From: a virus
Lineage: Duplodnaviria; Caudoviricetes
IMG/VR virus record: IMGVR_UViG_3300048893_000042
Coordinates: 1 to 64,000 of that record
DNA length: 64,000 nt
Direction: 5' to 3' (one strand)
A program made the translations under genes and the position numbers. Positions 28,122-37,669 of this stretch are shown here, in pieces; within the stretch, counting starts at the first letter, position 1; the number at the start of each line of letters is the position of its first letter. The notes under the pieces were generated by a model. That model had not been told where the DNA came from, ran no database searches, and saw only the letters and a program-made list of their open reading frames with translations.

Positions 28122-28802
28122 CTACCTCACCCAGCTCGGCAGGTTCTTGCGATAGGCTGGCTCAAGCGCCGCCTGCGCACTCTGGAAGACCTGCTCTAGT
28201 CCAAAGACTGCCTGCAGACGCACCTGTGTGAGGCCCACGAATATGGGCACAGAGATGACCCCTGCCCGACCCGTGTCGCTGCGTCGTGCCCTCACCCCCA
28301 GGCGAGCCAGTGCCGCCCCTGCCCGCAGCTTCGTGATGCTGATCTTCCTTCCTGCTGTGAACCGGCCTGCCTGGGCATAGGCCGCAAGCATCGGTGGCTT
28401 CCCAGGAACGTTGATGCTGTGGAGGGGACCAACCTGCTGGACGTAGTTCCTTGGGGTCAGCCGCCTTCCACCCACCCGGTTGGGTGCGTTGCCCAGGGGC
28501 ACCCACATCAGGGGCTTCCCCGACAGCACCGCACCCGTCTCAAACACCCCCGCATAGGGTATCTTGTGGCGGAACACTGCCGCCGCATGAGCACTCACCC
28601 CCGTCATGGGGTACACCGTGACCCGCAGGGCATCCGTCCAGCGCTTGCTGAACCCTGCCGCCGCGATCCTGCCCCTGCCCGCCGTGAGACCCTGTGCCGC
28701 AACCTCCCTGACCGCCCCGGTCGCCGCCACCGCGATGGGGTTGTACATCATCTTGAAGGCTGTGTCCAGCTCACTCGGCTTGGCACTGTAGCTCAGCTTC
28801 AC
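28122..28802 (-). CDS. conserved tail-region protein (DUF6441-like)
   Basis: Basic protein with IPYAGVFE.G..GKPLMW.PL; position before tape measure. Confidence 0.55.
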   Translation of the reverse strand: MKLSYSAKPSELDTAFKMMYNPIAVAATGAVREVAAQGLTAGRGRIAAAGFSKRWTDALRVTVYPMTGVSAHAAAVFRHKIPYAGVFETGAVLSGKPLMWVPLGNAPNRVGGRRLTPRNYVQQVGPLHSINVPGKPPMLAAYAQAGRFTAGRKISITKLRAGAALARLGVRARRSDTGRAGVISVPIFVGLTQVRLQAVFGLEQVFQSAQAALEPAYRKNLPSWVR

Positions 28803-29412
28803 TTCTCCAGGTCCCTGAGCTTCTTGTTGATGGCGTTGGTGTCACCGCTCGCGGCCAGGGCCTGGATCGACAGGCGCTCGGCCATGCTGCGCTTCTGGCG
28901 CCGCCTCGTGATGAACAGGAACGCAGCCAGCTGCCTCGGTGTGTACCTCCATACCACCTCAGGCGGGTGGTTCGCAGCAATCAGCTCGTCAATGGCTGCG
29001 GCGAACTCGTATCCTGGACCCTGCCAAATAAGCCGCCTGGCCCTGCGCCCCCGGGTCCGAGCATCCCCGTGAGGCGTTCTATCAAAGGGTTTATGCCACC
29101 CGGGAAGCTCATGCGGAAGATGGCCTCCACCAGCTTCAGCTGATCCTCAAAGACCAGGCCCCGGGCGGCAGCCTCCTCCTCCGCGTCACCCCCCTTCCCC
29201 AGGGCTTCCGCCATCAGGGCAAAGGCCACATCGGGGGCAGCCGTCAGCAGCATCATGGGGTCCACTGACTTACCCACCATCATGCGGCGCAGGTCCTCTG
29301 ACTTGGCGAGGACCCGCGCTATGGCATCGACACCGATGCCCCGCACCGTCAGTTTGGTTCCCCTGATGTCAACCTCTTCGGTCAGGGGTGCAATGTCAAC
29401 AAGGCTTGGCAT
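28799..29412 (-). CDS. tail assembly chaperone GT, -1 programmed frameshift product
   Basis: Slippery AAACCCTTTG at 29092-29083; -1 frame open to TGA 28799-28801 (...EFAAAIDELIAANHPPEVVWRYTPRQLAAFL...). Confidence 0.8.
28981..29412 (-). CDS. tail assembly chaperone G
   Basis: SLVDIAPLTEEV.IRG..L.VRGI; lies between tail tube and tape measure. Confidence 0.8.
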   Translation of the reverse strand: MPSLVDIAPLTEEVDIRGTKLTVRGIGVDAIARVLAKSEDLRRMMVGKSVDPMMLLTAAPDVAFALMAEALGKGGDAEEEAAARGLVFEDQLKLVEAIFRMSFPGGINPLIERLTGMLGPGGAGPGGLFGRVQDTSSPQPLTS

Positions 29413-29418
29413 GGGTTG

Positions 29419-29946
29419 TTATGTGACCTCCGCTGTGATCCCAGTGTGGACCGTTCCAAAGCTGCCCGTGGTCGGGTCGGCGGTCACCTCACCGGTGACC
29501 TCCAGCACCCCCCAGGTCTCACCAATGAGCTGGAGCGCTGCCGAGGGTGCGATGTTGACGAAGGGAAGATCCACCTGCTCCTTATCACCGACCTCATTGG
29601 TGCCAATGAAGCGCAGCGCGCACGTCACCTCATCCTGGTCCATGATGGACACCGTGGTCGGTGAGCTGCTGCCCGCCGCCGCGCCCATGAGACAGACGGC
29701 CAGGTTCTGCGGGGTCCACTCCTCCATGTGGAACTTCACCGTCAGCTGCTTCTGGATGACGATGGACTTGTCCTTGAAGCGGATGCCCCGGCGCGAGCTG
29801 TAGTGCTCCAGTCGGGTGACGTTCGGGGTCACCTCGAACAAGGGCACGTTGCCCACATCCCTGTAGTCACTGTCCACACCGTCAACCTTGATCTTGACGA
29901 TGCCCTTCCCCAGGTAATAGTTCAGTGTCGAAGGCGAATCCGGCAT
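29419..29946 (-). CDS. major tail tube protein
   Basis: YYLGKG, RDVGNVP.FE.TP....LEHYSSR.G.R.KD, EEWT.QNLA. Confidence 0.8.
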   Translation of the reverse strand: MPDSPSTLNYYLGKGIVKIKVDGVDSDYRDVGNVPLFEVTPNVTRLEHYSSRRGIRFKDKSIVIQKQLTVKFHMEEWTPQNLAVCLMGAAAGSSSPTTVSIMDQDEVTCALRFIGTNEVGDKEQVDLPFVNIAPSAALQLIGETWGVLEVTGEVTADPTTGSFGTVHTGITAEVT

Positions 29947-29990
29947 GTTGCAGCCCTCCAGATGTTCAGTTCAGGACGCCAGCGGGTCGC

Positions 29991-30353
29991 TCAGGGCAGC
30001 GTGATGACGGCCAGTCGAACCAGCGGGTCGGACACATCGATGTCCAGGTTGCCCGCGTCCGCCCACCCTGCCGACTGGAACGGGCCAAACCGCGCGATCT
30101 TCCCCGCCGCAATGGAGTAGGCTGTGATGTCCCCCTTGCGGTGGAAGCTGTCCTCCACCGAGGTGAACGTGATCGTGTGCGGGTTGGTGTCCGTGTTGTG
30201 GGCCAGCACCACCGTCTTGCCGTTCACCAGTGCGGTGTAGCGGTCCGTCGGGTCATCAACTGCCGTCTCCGTCAGGTCAGCAGAGCCGCCGGCCAGGGGA
30301 AGGCTGGGGTAGGACCCAACGAGGGTCTGGGCTGTGATCACCGTGCGCGACAT
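29991..30353 (-). CDS. putative virion structural protein
   Basis: Beta-rich 120-aa ORF in the head-tail gene block. Confidence 0.6.
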   Translation of the reverse strand: MSRTVITAQTLVGSYPSLPLAGGSADLTETAVDDPTDRYTALVNGKTVVLAHNTDTNPHTITFTSVEDSFHRKGDITAYSIAAGKIARFGPFQSAGWADAGNLDIDVSDPLVRLAVITLP

Positions 30354-30366
30354 GTAGGTATCCTCC

Positions 30367-30831
30367 TCAGGTGTAGTCGGTTGGGCTCAGGACATAGCGG
30401 AAGGAGAAGTTCATGATGAGCTCCCCTTCCATGCTCCGGCCACGTGCAAAGTCCGTCACACAGCCGTCATACCGCACTTCTCCGTTCCGGCCCACCAGCT
30501 CAGGGAACACAGTGTCCGCCAGCACTGCCCTCAGCAGTGCCATCCGGAAGCTGTTGAGCATTGGTCCCAGAACATCCTCATCCGCCGCCGTGGATGCCAG
30601 CTTCTCCACTGAGACATAGACCTCAGGGGACAGCATCACGATCAGGGGTGCCGCCGCTGGCCGGCCCCGGTCATACGAGTGAGGGTCAACAACCTCATCC
30701 GCATCGAGCACAATCACCGCCGGTCGATCACGCCCACTCACATCCGTCTTGTTCCTGGCCACCTTCTTGATGCCGGGAACCCGCACCACCTCAAGCAGGC
30801 GCGACATCAGGGCCTCGCGGCGATCCATCAC
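30367..30831 (-). CDS. tail terminator-like protein
   Basis: DRREALMSRLL, RPAVIVLDADE, F.F.Y near the C-terminus; position before tail tube. Confidence 0.65.
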   Translation of the reverse strand: MMDRREALMSRLLEVVRVPGIKKVARNKTDVSGRDRPAVIVLDADEVVDPHSYDRGRPAAAPLIVMLSPEVYVSVEKLASTAADEDVLGPMLNSFRMALLRAVLADTVFPELVGRNGEVRYDGCVTDFARGRSMEGELIMNFSFRYVLSPTDYT

Positions 30832-31160
30832 CAGCCGCCCTCCAGGATCAGCAGCAGCTCGCCATCGGCCTCACCATTGGGGCTGGGCCTCGCCCTGGTG
30901 CTGGATATGACCCACACCTTCCCATTCATGGTGAGCTGCTGGCCATCCAGCTGCTCAGGTGTGAGGCCCTGTGACGCCAGCTCGCTGACCAGCACCACTG
31001 CAGCGGGGAGCACGCTCTGTATCTCTAGGCCGCTCCCCACCACCATGCCCGCCGTCTTGTCCAGAGCGGTCAGGCTGTAGTCGGTGTTGCCCAGGCGCAC
31101 AGATGCTGGGACACCCAGCAGGCTGTGCGTCGGGCCATAGAGGAGGGCCTGGTAGTCCAC
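30828..31160 (-). CDS. head-tail joining (head closure, lambda FII-like) protein
   Basis: Size, position and LYGP...LGVPA..G..W.I pattern. Confidence 0.6.
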   Translation of the reverse strand: MDYQALLYGPTHSLLGVPASVRLGNTDYSLTALDKTAGMVVGSGLEIQSVLPAAVVLVSELASQGLTPEQLDGQQLTMNGKVWVISSTRARPSPNGEADGELLLILEGGW

Positions 31161-31166
31161 GGGTGG

Positions 31167-32360
31167 TTACGAATCCGTACCGATGCCCACCGCCGTGATC
31201 GTGGCAGTGGTGGCGCTGTCGATGGACGCCACGAAGTCGCGCCAGGTGTTCTGGGCCACGGTCATGGTCCCCGCGAGGGTCACGGTGGCGCCGCTGTCAG
31301 CGGTCAGGGTCAGGGTGCCAGCCCCATTGTTGATGATGCGGAACTCCCAGGTGAAGCCCACGTGGGCACCCGGGATGTCGGCGAGCATCTGGGCTGCGGT
31401 CCTGACCAGCTGGGCACCAGGCACCGCGTTGGTGCTTCTCCAGTGGACCTTCCTGGCGCCGGTGATCGTGCCGGCGGCCAGCGAACCGGTCGTGACGCTG
31501 GAGGTGCTGTACTTCGTGTTGGGCAGTGGGGTGAGCTCCCCGGCCGCAACCGACTGGACCGACGCTGTGGTGGCCGACAGGATCGTGCCGATGAAGTCGC
31601 GCCAGGTGTTCTGTGGAACCGTCATGTCGCCAGACATGGTCACGGTCGCGCCCGCATCGGTCGTCAGCGTCAGGGTGCCCGCACCGGTGTTGGCAATGCG
31701 GAACCTCCAGCTCGTGCCCACCCTGCCATTGGGGATGTCGGCGAGCATCTGGGCTGCCGTCCTGACCAGCTGGGCACCGGGGGTTGCCCCGGTCTGCTGC
31801 CATACGCACATGCGAGCTCCGGTGATCAGGCCGGCGGCCAGCGAGCCGGTCGTGACGCTGGAGGTGCTGTACTTGGCATTCGGGAGCGGGGTGTACTCGC
31901 CGCCAGCAATCCAGTAGATGGTGGCCGTGTTGGTCCCGGTCCAGACCACCAGGAACCTCGCCCAGCTGTTGGCCGGAACGATGGTGTTGCCCGACATCGT
32001 GACCCCCGAGCCGGCGGCCAGCGTGGCGTCGAAGTTCGTGGTGTTCTTGTAGGTGAACTGGAACGAATCACTCGCCGCACCCTTCCAGGCTGCCTGGAGC
32101 AGCGCCGCCGTGGATGTGGTGTCAGTGAAGGCCCCGGTGGGCCCACTGCGCAGCACGTCGCCACTGAGCAGCATGGCCGCCGTGATCGTGCCCGCACCCA
32201 CCGTGGTGAGGGTTGCTTCCGACTGGTCGCCGACCAGCAGGTCCTTGATCATGTCCATGGTGGCACGCTTGTTGGTGCCACCCTGCAGCACCTCGAACTC
32301 ATCCGCAAGGGCCACCGCCGTCGCGGCATCCTCTTCGCTCAGCTTCTTGAACTCAGCCAT
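31167..32360 (-). CDS. putative capsid accessory/fibre protein with 120-aa repeats
   Basis: Two near-identical units at 360-nt period (31441-31500 vs 31801-31860) plus a diverged first unit. Confidence 0.7.
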   Translation of the reverse strand: MAEFKKLSEEDAATAVALADEFEVLQGGTNKRATMDMIKDLLVGDQSEATLTTVGAGTITAAMLLSGDVLRSGPTGAFTDTTSTAALLQAAWKGAASDSFQFTYKNTTNFDATLAAGSGVTMSGNTIVPANSWARFLVVWTGTNTATIYWIAGGEYTPLPNAKYSTSSVTTGSLAAGLITGARMCVWQQTGATPGAQLVRTAAQMLADIPNGRVGTSWRFRIANTGAGTLTLTTDAGATVTMSGDMTVPQNTWRDFIGTILSATTASVQSVAAGELTPLPNTKYSTSSVTTGSLAAGTITGARKVHWRSTNAVPGAQLVRTAAQMLADIPGAHVGFTWEFRIINNGAGTLTLTADSGATVTLAGTMTVAQNTWRDFVASIDSATTATITAVGIGTDS

Positions 32361-32389
32361 TTCCCGCTCCTCGTGTCAGTTGTGCTGCC

Positions 32390-32551
32390 CTACTCGTTGA
32401 TGCGGAGCAGGCCGTCCTCGGTGGTGCGCAGCGCACCCGCCTCGGTGGTGCGCACCACCACGTCACCCAGCCCCGGCCTCTGGCGCCGGGGTGAGTTGAA
32501 CGGAGGCTTCGGGATGTGCGCCGTGTCCCGGGTGTGCGGCACAGTCGTCAT
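32390..32551 (-). CDS. 53-aa protein with RTTE.G repeats
   Basis: Manual translation ...VVVRTTEAGALRTTEDGLLRINE; RBS GGAGGA upstream. Confidence 0.65.
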   Translation of the reverse strand: MTTVPHTRDTAHIPKPPFNSPRRQRPGLGDVVVRTTEAGALRTTEDGLLRINE

Positions 32552-32587
32552 GGTTTCCTCCAGCAGCCAGAGTTCAGGAGAAGCCGC

Positions 32588-33613
32588 CTATGAGGCGAGG
32601 CGGCTGACCTTCACCAGGGCATTCGGTCGGGTGCAGATGTCCAGCGCATTCATCTGGGCATCCAGGTTGACCCCCTTGCCGTTGTCCATGGGGTACTGCT
32701 TGGAGTAGAGGCGCTGGCCGATGGTGTTGACCGTTTCGATGTAGTCCGCCGGCGCATAGTAGGTGCGGAAGAACCCAGGGACACCGACCGGGAAGACGTG
32801 GGCAAGGTCCGGGTCGATGAATGGGGTGATGTCCACCGCCCCACGGTAGTTCTCCCACACGATGCCGCCGAAGGGGAACGCACCCCAGCTCAGGCCGCTG
32901 CCGCTGACGAACCCGGTGCGCAGCTCCTGGGCCGCCAGCCAGCCCAGGTAGGTCTCACGCACCTCCGGGTGGCTGACCAGGTCATCGAAGAAGTCATCGC
33001 CGCAGAAGGCGTACAGCGACTGGAGCGGGATGCCCCCGAGCTGAGACGCCACGGTGCGCGCGATGCCGGCGCACGCCCGGCGCAGCACGCCCGGCGTGGG
33101 GTCCACGTTCGCCAGGTCCAGGAAGACCTCGCTCGGTGCCGACACCTTGAACTCATCGATCAGGTCCAGCGTGGAGCCGTCCGCGTAGGTCACGAGGCCC
33201 TTGATGGCGCCAATTCGGGAGAACTCCTGCGTCATGCCCATGGACTGGGAATGGATCGCCAGGCGGTCCGCCACCAGGGTCTGGACGGTCTGCACCGCCG
33301 TCTCCTGACCCCAGGCACGCACCCCCTGGACCTCCTCCGCCATGATGGCGTCGTTGATCTCGAAGTGGGGAACGCGGATGCTGCGGGCTGCCCTCAGGGG
33401 CTTCAGGATCGTCTGGCCCGGCCCACCGCGCGGTGACGGACTGACCAGGGTCAGGACGCCGTTGCGCTCTTCGATGACCACCGAGGTTGTGGCAACCCCG
33501 GTCGCGGTGAACAGGTTCAGCTCACCGATCCTGCCGGGCACGAACTTGATCTTGTTGATCGTGTCGGTGAGGGTCGTGACGCTGAATGCGTCATTGTTGA
33601 AGATGTCGAGCAT
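32588..33613 (-). CDS. major capsid protein (lambda gpE family)
   Basis: MLDIFNNDAFSV..LT..IN, LVSPSPRGGPG, QEFSRIGAIKG, CTRPNAL. Confidence 0.9.
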   Translation of the reverse strand: MLDIFNNDAFSVTTLTDTINKIKFVPGRIGELNLFTATGVATTSVVIEERNGVLTLVSPSPRGGPGQTILKPLRAARSIRVPHFEINDAIMAEEVQGVRAWGQETAVQTVQTLVADRLAIHSQSMGMTQEFSRIGAIKGLVTYADGSTLDLIDEFKVSAPSEVFLDLANVDPTPGVLRRACAGIARTVASQLGGIPLQSLYAFCGDDFFDDLVSHPEVRETYLGWLAAQELRTGFVSGSGLSWGAFPFGGIVWENYRGAVDITPFIDPDLAHVFPVGVPGFFRTYYAPADYIETVNTIGQRLYSKQYPMDNGKGVNLDAQMNALDICTRPNALVKVSRLAS

Positions 33614-33654
33614 GGTCTGGTGTCCCCTTCAGGGTTGACGGGTTGGCGGTCGTC

Positions 33655-34233
33655 CTAGCGGACGATGATATTGAGGTCGGCCAGGCCGGACGCCACCTCC
33701 GCGTCGGTGCCGCTGGGGAAGATCAGGGCGTTCTTGTTGACCGTCGCCAGGCGAGCGATGTACATGGCCGGCACATCGGCATCCTGTCCGCCCTGCCCGC
33801 TGCTGCTGTCACAGCGGTAGCCCAGGATGCCCAGGACCGTCTGACCCGTCACCCAGGCCTCGATCTGCCCGATGTCCTGGGTGATGGTGATCGCAGTGCC
33901 GGTCTCATCCGCCGTGGACGCCCGGTCCATGATCACCTCGTCCGCACCGCTCTCCCCCATGACAAAGGTCGCGCCCGCCGGGATGCCGGTGCCCGCCACC
34001 TCATAGGTGCGGCCCGGCAGCAGCCCTGTCGAGGACGCCAGGTTGGACAGCGTGCGGTCGCCGGCCTGCAGGTCGCCGGTGGTGACCAGGGAGAACGCCG
34101 GGGTGAGCTGGATGACCGTGCCGGCCTCCAGCACCTGACCCGCCGCAACCACGCCATTCTCGCGGCTGATGTTGCCGTCCCCCTCCGACAGGAGGAACTG
34201 GAGCGGCGAACGGAACTCGGTGAAAGACGTCAT
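33655..34233 (-). CDS. head decoration protein (lambda gpD-like) with inserted beta-module
   Basis: FLLSEGDGNISRE..VAAGQVLEAGTV start; ARLATVN...L.FP end; directly upstream of MCP. Confidence 0.75.
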   Translation of the reverse strand: MTSFTEFRSPLQFLLSEGDGNISRENGVVAAGQVLEAGTVIQLTPAFSLVTTGDLQAGDRTLSNLASSTGLLPGRTYEVAGTGIPAGATFVMGESGADEVIMDRASTADETGTAITITQDIGQIEAWVTGQTVLGILGYRCDSSSGQGGQDADVPAMYIARLATVNKNALIFPSGTDAEVASGLADLNIIVR

Positions 34234-35921
34234 GGTGCCTTACCTCCTGTGACCCTCTGATTCACGCGATCAATGACTGGACCCCAGGAGGCCTCAGTCT
34301 CGGTCAGCCCAGTGTGCCTGGCACTGACATCATCGGCACCTCGGTCCGTCCGGGTGCCCCGGGGCATGCCCCTCAGCTCCGACTTGACCTGTGACGGTGT
34401 CTTGTCCGAGTTGATGAAGCCTGCGGCCTTCCCTGGGTGGCCTGCCAGCTCACAGGCCGCCACGATCTCAGCACAGCGGTCGCGCTCGGCCTTGGCGTGG
34501 TCCACCGGCGGGGCTTCCTCCTCCACCGGCTTCCTCTTCGCCTTGTTCTGGGTGTCAGTGACGATCTGGGTAAGCAGCAGCTGGGCCTGGTCCGCCGCCT
34601 CATCCGGCTCCGTTCCATCCAGTGCCGCCGCCGCATCATCGAGCAGGGCACGTGCAGACTGGAACAGGGCCTGGGCCTCTGCAGCATCATCCGGGTCATA
34701 CGGGGGAAGCACCGCCGCACGTGCCTCAAGCTCCTGGGCAGCCGCGAGGATCGCAGCACCCGGCTTCTCCGCCTCCGCCTTGGACTTCTTGGCCCTGGCG
34801 TTCGCCGGGTGGTCTTCCTTGGCCTGGTAGTGGTCGATCACCCCCCGGGCCTCGGTGCGGACGTTGTCCGGTATGTCGGTCTGGGGCAGGCGCGAGGCGG
34901 CTGCCCGCAGCCCACCGGCGCTCGCCTTCAGCTCACCACCGATGATGTCGGCGAAGGGGAGCTTGTAGCTCCCCTTCAGCCTTGGCGCCGCCGCGTCGTG
35001 GACCAGGAAGCCGCGCTGCGCTGCCGCCGTGTCCGGGTTGTCACCGTTGAACCCCGCCTTGTCGAGCATGCGCTCCGCCGCCGCCGGTCCATCCCACGTG
35101 TAGCTCGGGTCGATTGCCAGGTCCCTGGCCGCACCGACCTTCCAATCCGGCGACACCATCTTGGGTGGGTCCTTGTACATCGACAGGTCGAACAGGTTGG
35201 TGAAGCTGCGGCGCGATGTCACCTTGTCGGCGAACCCCATGTCCACGGCTTCCTTGGCCGTCATCCACGTGGTGGCGTCCATCAGCGCGATGATCTCATC
35301 CGGGGTCTTGCCGGTCTTGCTGACGTAGCTCGTGACCACGGAGTCCCTGATCTTGTCGAGGGCATCCGCCAGCTCGCGCATGACGCTCGCGTCCCCCATC
35401 GCCATGCCGGCGGGGTTGTGGATCATCATCATGGCGTTCTCGGGCATCTCCACCGTGTCGCCGCACATGGCGATCAGGCTGGCGATGGACGCCGCGAGGC
35501 CATCAACCGTGACGTTCACCGTCGCCGGGTGGCGCGCCAGCATGTTGTAGATGGCGATGCCGTCGAAGACCTCTCCACCCGGCGAGTTGATCCGCAGGTT
35601 GATGGTCTTGGGGTCACCCAGGGCCGCCAGGCCATCACGGAAGTCCTGCGACGTGATCCCCCAGAAGCCGATCTGGTCATAGATCGCGATGTCCGACACC
35701 GCCGGGTCCGCTGCCGACGCCGCCATGGTGAACCACGTCTTGCCCTGGGCCTTCTTCTTCAGCATGTCGGCGCAGTTCGGGTTCTCAGGGTCCGGGTTGT
35801 CCGGGTCACAGGCAGGGTAGTTGGGGTCATCCGCCATCATGCGGATGTCCCACCGCTGGAAGAAGGGGTCGAGCGCTTCAAGCGTGATGGTTGGGCGGGT
35901 CCTCATGTCTCTGCTCCTCAT
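34230..35921 (-). CDS. ClpP-family head maturation protease with extra domain and scaffold-like C-terminus
   Basis: INSPGGEVFDG, DGLAASIASLIA, MMIHNP, TWMTAKEAV..GFAD. Confidence 0.9.
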   Translation of the reverse strand: MRSRDMRTRPTITLEALDPFFQRWDIRMMADDPNYPACDPDNPDPENPNCADMLKKKAQGKTWFTMAASAADPAVSDIAIYDQIGFWGITSQDFRDGLAALGDPKTINLRINSPGGEVFDGIAIYNMLARHPATVNVTVDGLAASIASLIAMCGDTVEMPENAMMMIHNPAGMAMGDASVMRELADALDKIRDSVVTSYVSKTGKTPDEIIALMDATTWMTAKEAVDMGFADKVTSRRSFTNLFDLSMYKDPPKMVSPDWKVGAARDLAIDPSYTWDGPAAAERMLDKAGFNGDNPDTAAAQRGFLVHDAAAPRLKGSYKLPFADIIGGELKASAGGLRAAASRLPQTDIPDNVRTEARGVIDHYQAKEDHPANARAKKSKAEAEKPGAAILAAAQELEARAAVLPPYDPDDAAEAQALFQSARALLDDAAAALDGTEPDEAADQAQLLLTQIVTDTQNKAKRKPVEEEAPPVDHAKAERDRCAEIVAACELAGHPGKAAGFINSDKTPSQVKSELRGMPRGTRTDRGADDVSARHTGLTETEASWGPVIDRVNQRVTGGKAP

Positions 35922-37462
35922 GGTGTGAGCGCCGGCTTGGGTGCCCCGGCCTGGGCAGGGGTCAGAACGGCCTGCCCTGGCTCCGGCGGACCACGGGTGA
36001 TCCCCAGCTGCTTCTCGCGGGTCTCATCCTCCAGGATGCGCTGGTCCACCTCCTCCGGATCGTAGCCACCCTCCTCGATGGTCTGGCTGCGTGGCTTGAA
36101 GTGGTTGTCCACGGCCAGCACCTCGGCACCGATGTCCTTCAGCGGGTCTATCCACTCCCAGGCTGGTGGGACCCACTTCACCTTCTGCAGTTCACGCTGC
36201 CGCTTGAGGTACTCGGCGGCTGACAGGCTGAGCTGCTCGGCCAGCACTGCCTCATCCAGCCAGCGGTTCCAGACCGGGCGGCACAGCTGGTAGACCATGA
36301 CCCCGTGCTGCATAGCGGTGATCTTGCGGCGGAAGGTGATCAGTCCCGCCCGTATGGACCCATAGTTGGCCCGGTGGAGGTCACCAGTCACCTCGGCATA
36401 GGGCACTCCGAACCCCACCGCCACCCTCAGCAGGTTGCGGTACTGGAAGGGCTCATAGGTCATACCCACGTCAGCCGGCTCAGAGAACTTCACATCCTCA
36501 CCCGGCTGGAGGTCAATGGTCGCGCCCGGCTCCATAGTGGGCGAGGAGTTCGTGATGCGTGGGTTGCCCCAGGCGTCCCAGTCCATGGTGGACGGGCTCA
36601 CGGTCTCACTGCCGAGCGGGTGGTCATCCTCGTCCGTGGGGTTGCGCGTGACGAAGGCTGCGAACAGGGCTGCGATGCGCTTGCGCTCCAGCTCGGCGTC
36701 ATCGTACAGGTCCAGCAGGGCCAGGGTGGTGATTGCCGACAGGGTGTGCGGTATGCCCCTGATCTGACCTGCCCTCACCGGCCTGTAGAGGTGGAGCACC
36801 TCATCCGCTGGCACCGGCACCGTGGTGTTCACCATGTCCCCATAGTAGAAGCCACTGCCCGGGTGGACCTTGTAGAAGTGGTAGGCGGTCCTGCGCCCGA
36901 TGGGGTCGAACTCAATGCCACACTCCACCCGTCGCCCGTTCCCCAGGTCCTCGTTCTTCTGGATGGGGCACATCTCCGAGGGCAGCACCTGGAGCTGGAA
37001 GGGCACGGCCAGACCGTCCTCAGGCCGGCGTGTGCGGAAGCGCACAAAGCACTCGCCCGCATCGAACATCTCACCCGCGATCATGGTCTGCTGGCCATAG
37101 AAGTCGGTCAACCAGTCCGCATCCGCCTGGTCGGTCCAGTCGTCAAAGGCCTCCCTGAGCTCCTTCTTGACTGCAGCATCCGTGGTCTTGGGCGAAGGCC
37201 TGATGCCCGTACCCACCAGCGAGGACACGAAGGCATCCTTCGCTGCGGCCGCATAGGAGTTGTTGGCCGCGAGGTAGCGCGAGCGGGCCAGCACCGTGGC
37301 CCCGTACTGCCTGATCTGCTGGTTGATCGCCTGTGTGGAGGATGGAATGGCCCGCAGCCGTCGCCCGAGCAGGTTGCCCGCGTCGAACATGGCACGGGCC
37401 TTCGGTGCCACGCTCGGCTGCACCCTCTGCATGGGACGCCCCATGACATCAACCAAGGACAT
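35918..37462 (-). CDS. portal protein, lambda family
   Basis: RSRYLAANN.YA, GECFVR, VLHLYRPVRAGQIRGIP, YGSIRAGL, WIDPLKDI.A. Confidence 0.92.
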   Translation of the reverse strand: MSLVDVMGRPMQRVQPSVAPKARAMFDAGNLLGRRLRAIPSSTQAINQQIRQYGATVLARSRYLAANNSYAAAAKDAFVSSLVGTGIRPSPKTTDAAVKKELREAFDDWTDQADADWLTDFYGQQTMIAGEMFDAGECFVRFRTRRPEDGLAVPFQLQVLPSEMCPIQKNEDLGNGRRVECGIEFDPIGRRTAYHFYKVHPGSGFYYGDMVNTTVPVPADEVLHLYRPVRAGQIRGIPHTLSAITTLALLDLYDDAELERKRIAALFAAFVTRNPTDEDDHPLGSETVSPSTMDWDAWGNPRITNSSPTMEPGATIDLQPGEDVKFSEPADVGMTYEPFQYRNLLRVAVGFGVPYAEVTGDLHRANYGSIRAGLITFRRKITAMQHGVMVYQLCRPVWNRWLDEAVLAEQLSLSAAEYLKRQRELQKVKWVPPAWEWIDPLKDIGAEVLAVDNHFKPRSQTIEEGGYDPEEVDQRILEDETREKQLGITRGPPEPGQAVLTPAQAGAPKPALTP

Positions 37463-37668
37463 CAGAGGCCCTTCCTCGGCTGCATGATGTAGCGCAACCT
37501 CTTGTGCCCTGTGGTCACCCCGGTGCGGCGCTCCAGGTCTGCGATGATCTGTTCCATCTCGGCGAGCGAGCGGAAGGTGGTGCTCGTGTCCCCATGGCGC
37601 ACCATGAGCACCCCGGCATCACGCGCTGCCCTCAGGTCTGCGAGCCTCTGTGCTTCCGATGCGGCCAT
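37462..37668 (-). CDS. head-to-tail joining protein (gpW-like)
   Basis: 68 aa between TerL and portal; L.AAR..GV..V......FRSLAEM. Confidence 0.8.
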   Translation of the reverse strand: MAASEAQRLADLRAARDAGVLMVRHGDTSTTFRSLAEMEQIIADLERRTGVTTGHKRLRYIMQPRKGL

Positions 37669-37669
37669 C

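Noticed and set aside
31125-36065. Long plus-strand ORFs (31125-32708, 34437-36065 and similar ones elsewhere such as 49283-50332 and 54168-55652)
   Set aside because: Stop-poor antisense frames of real genes in high-GC DNA; no motifs or RBS
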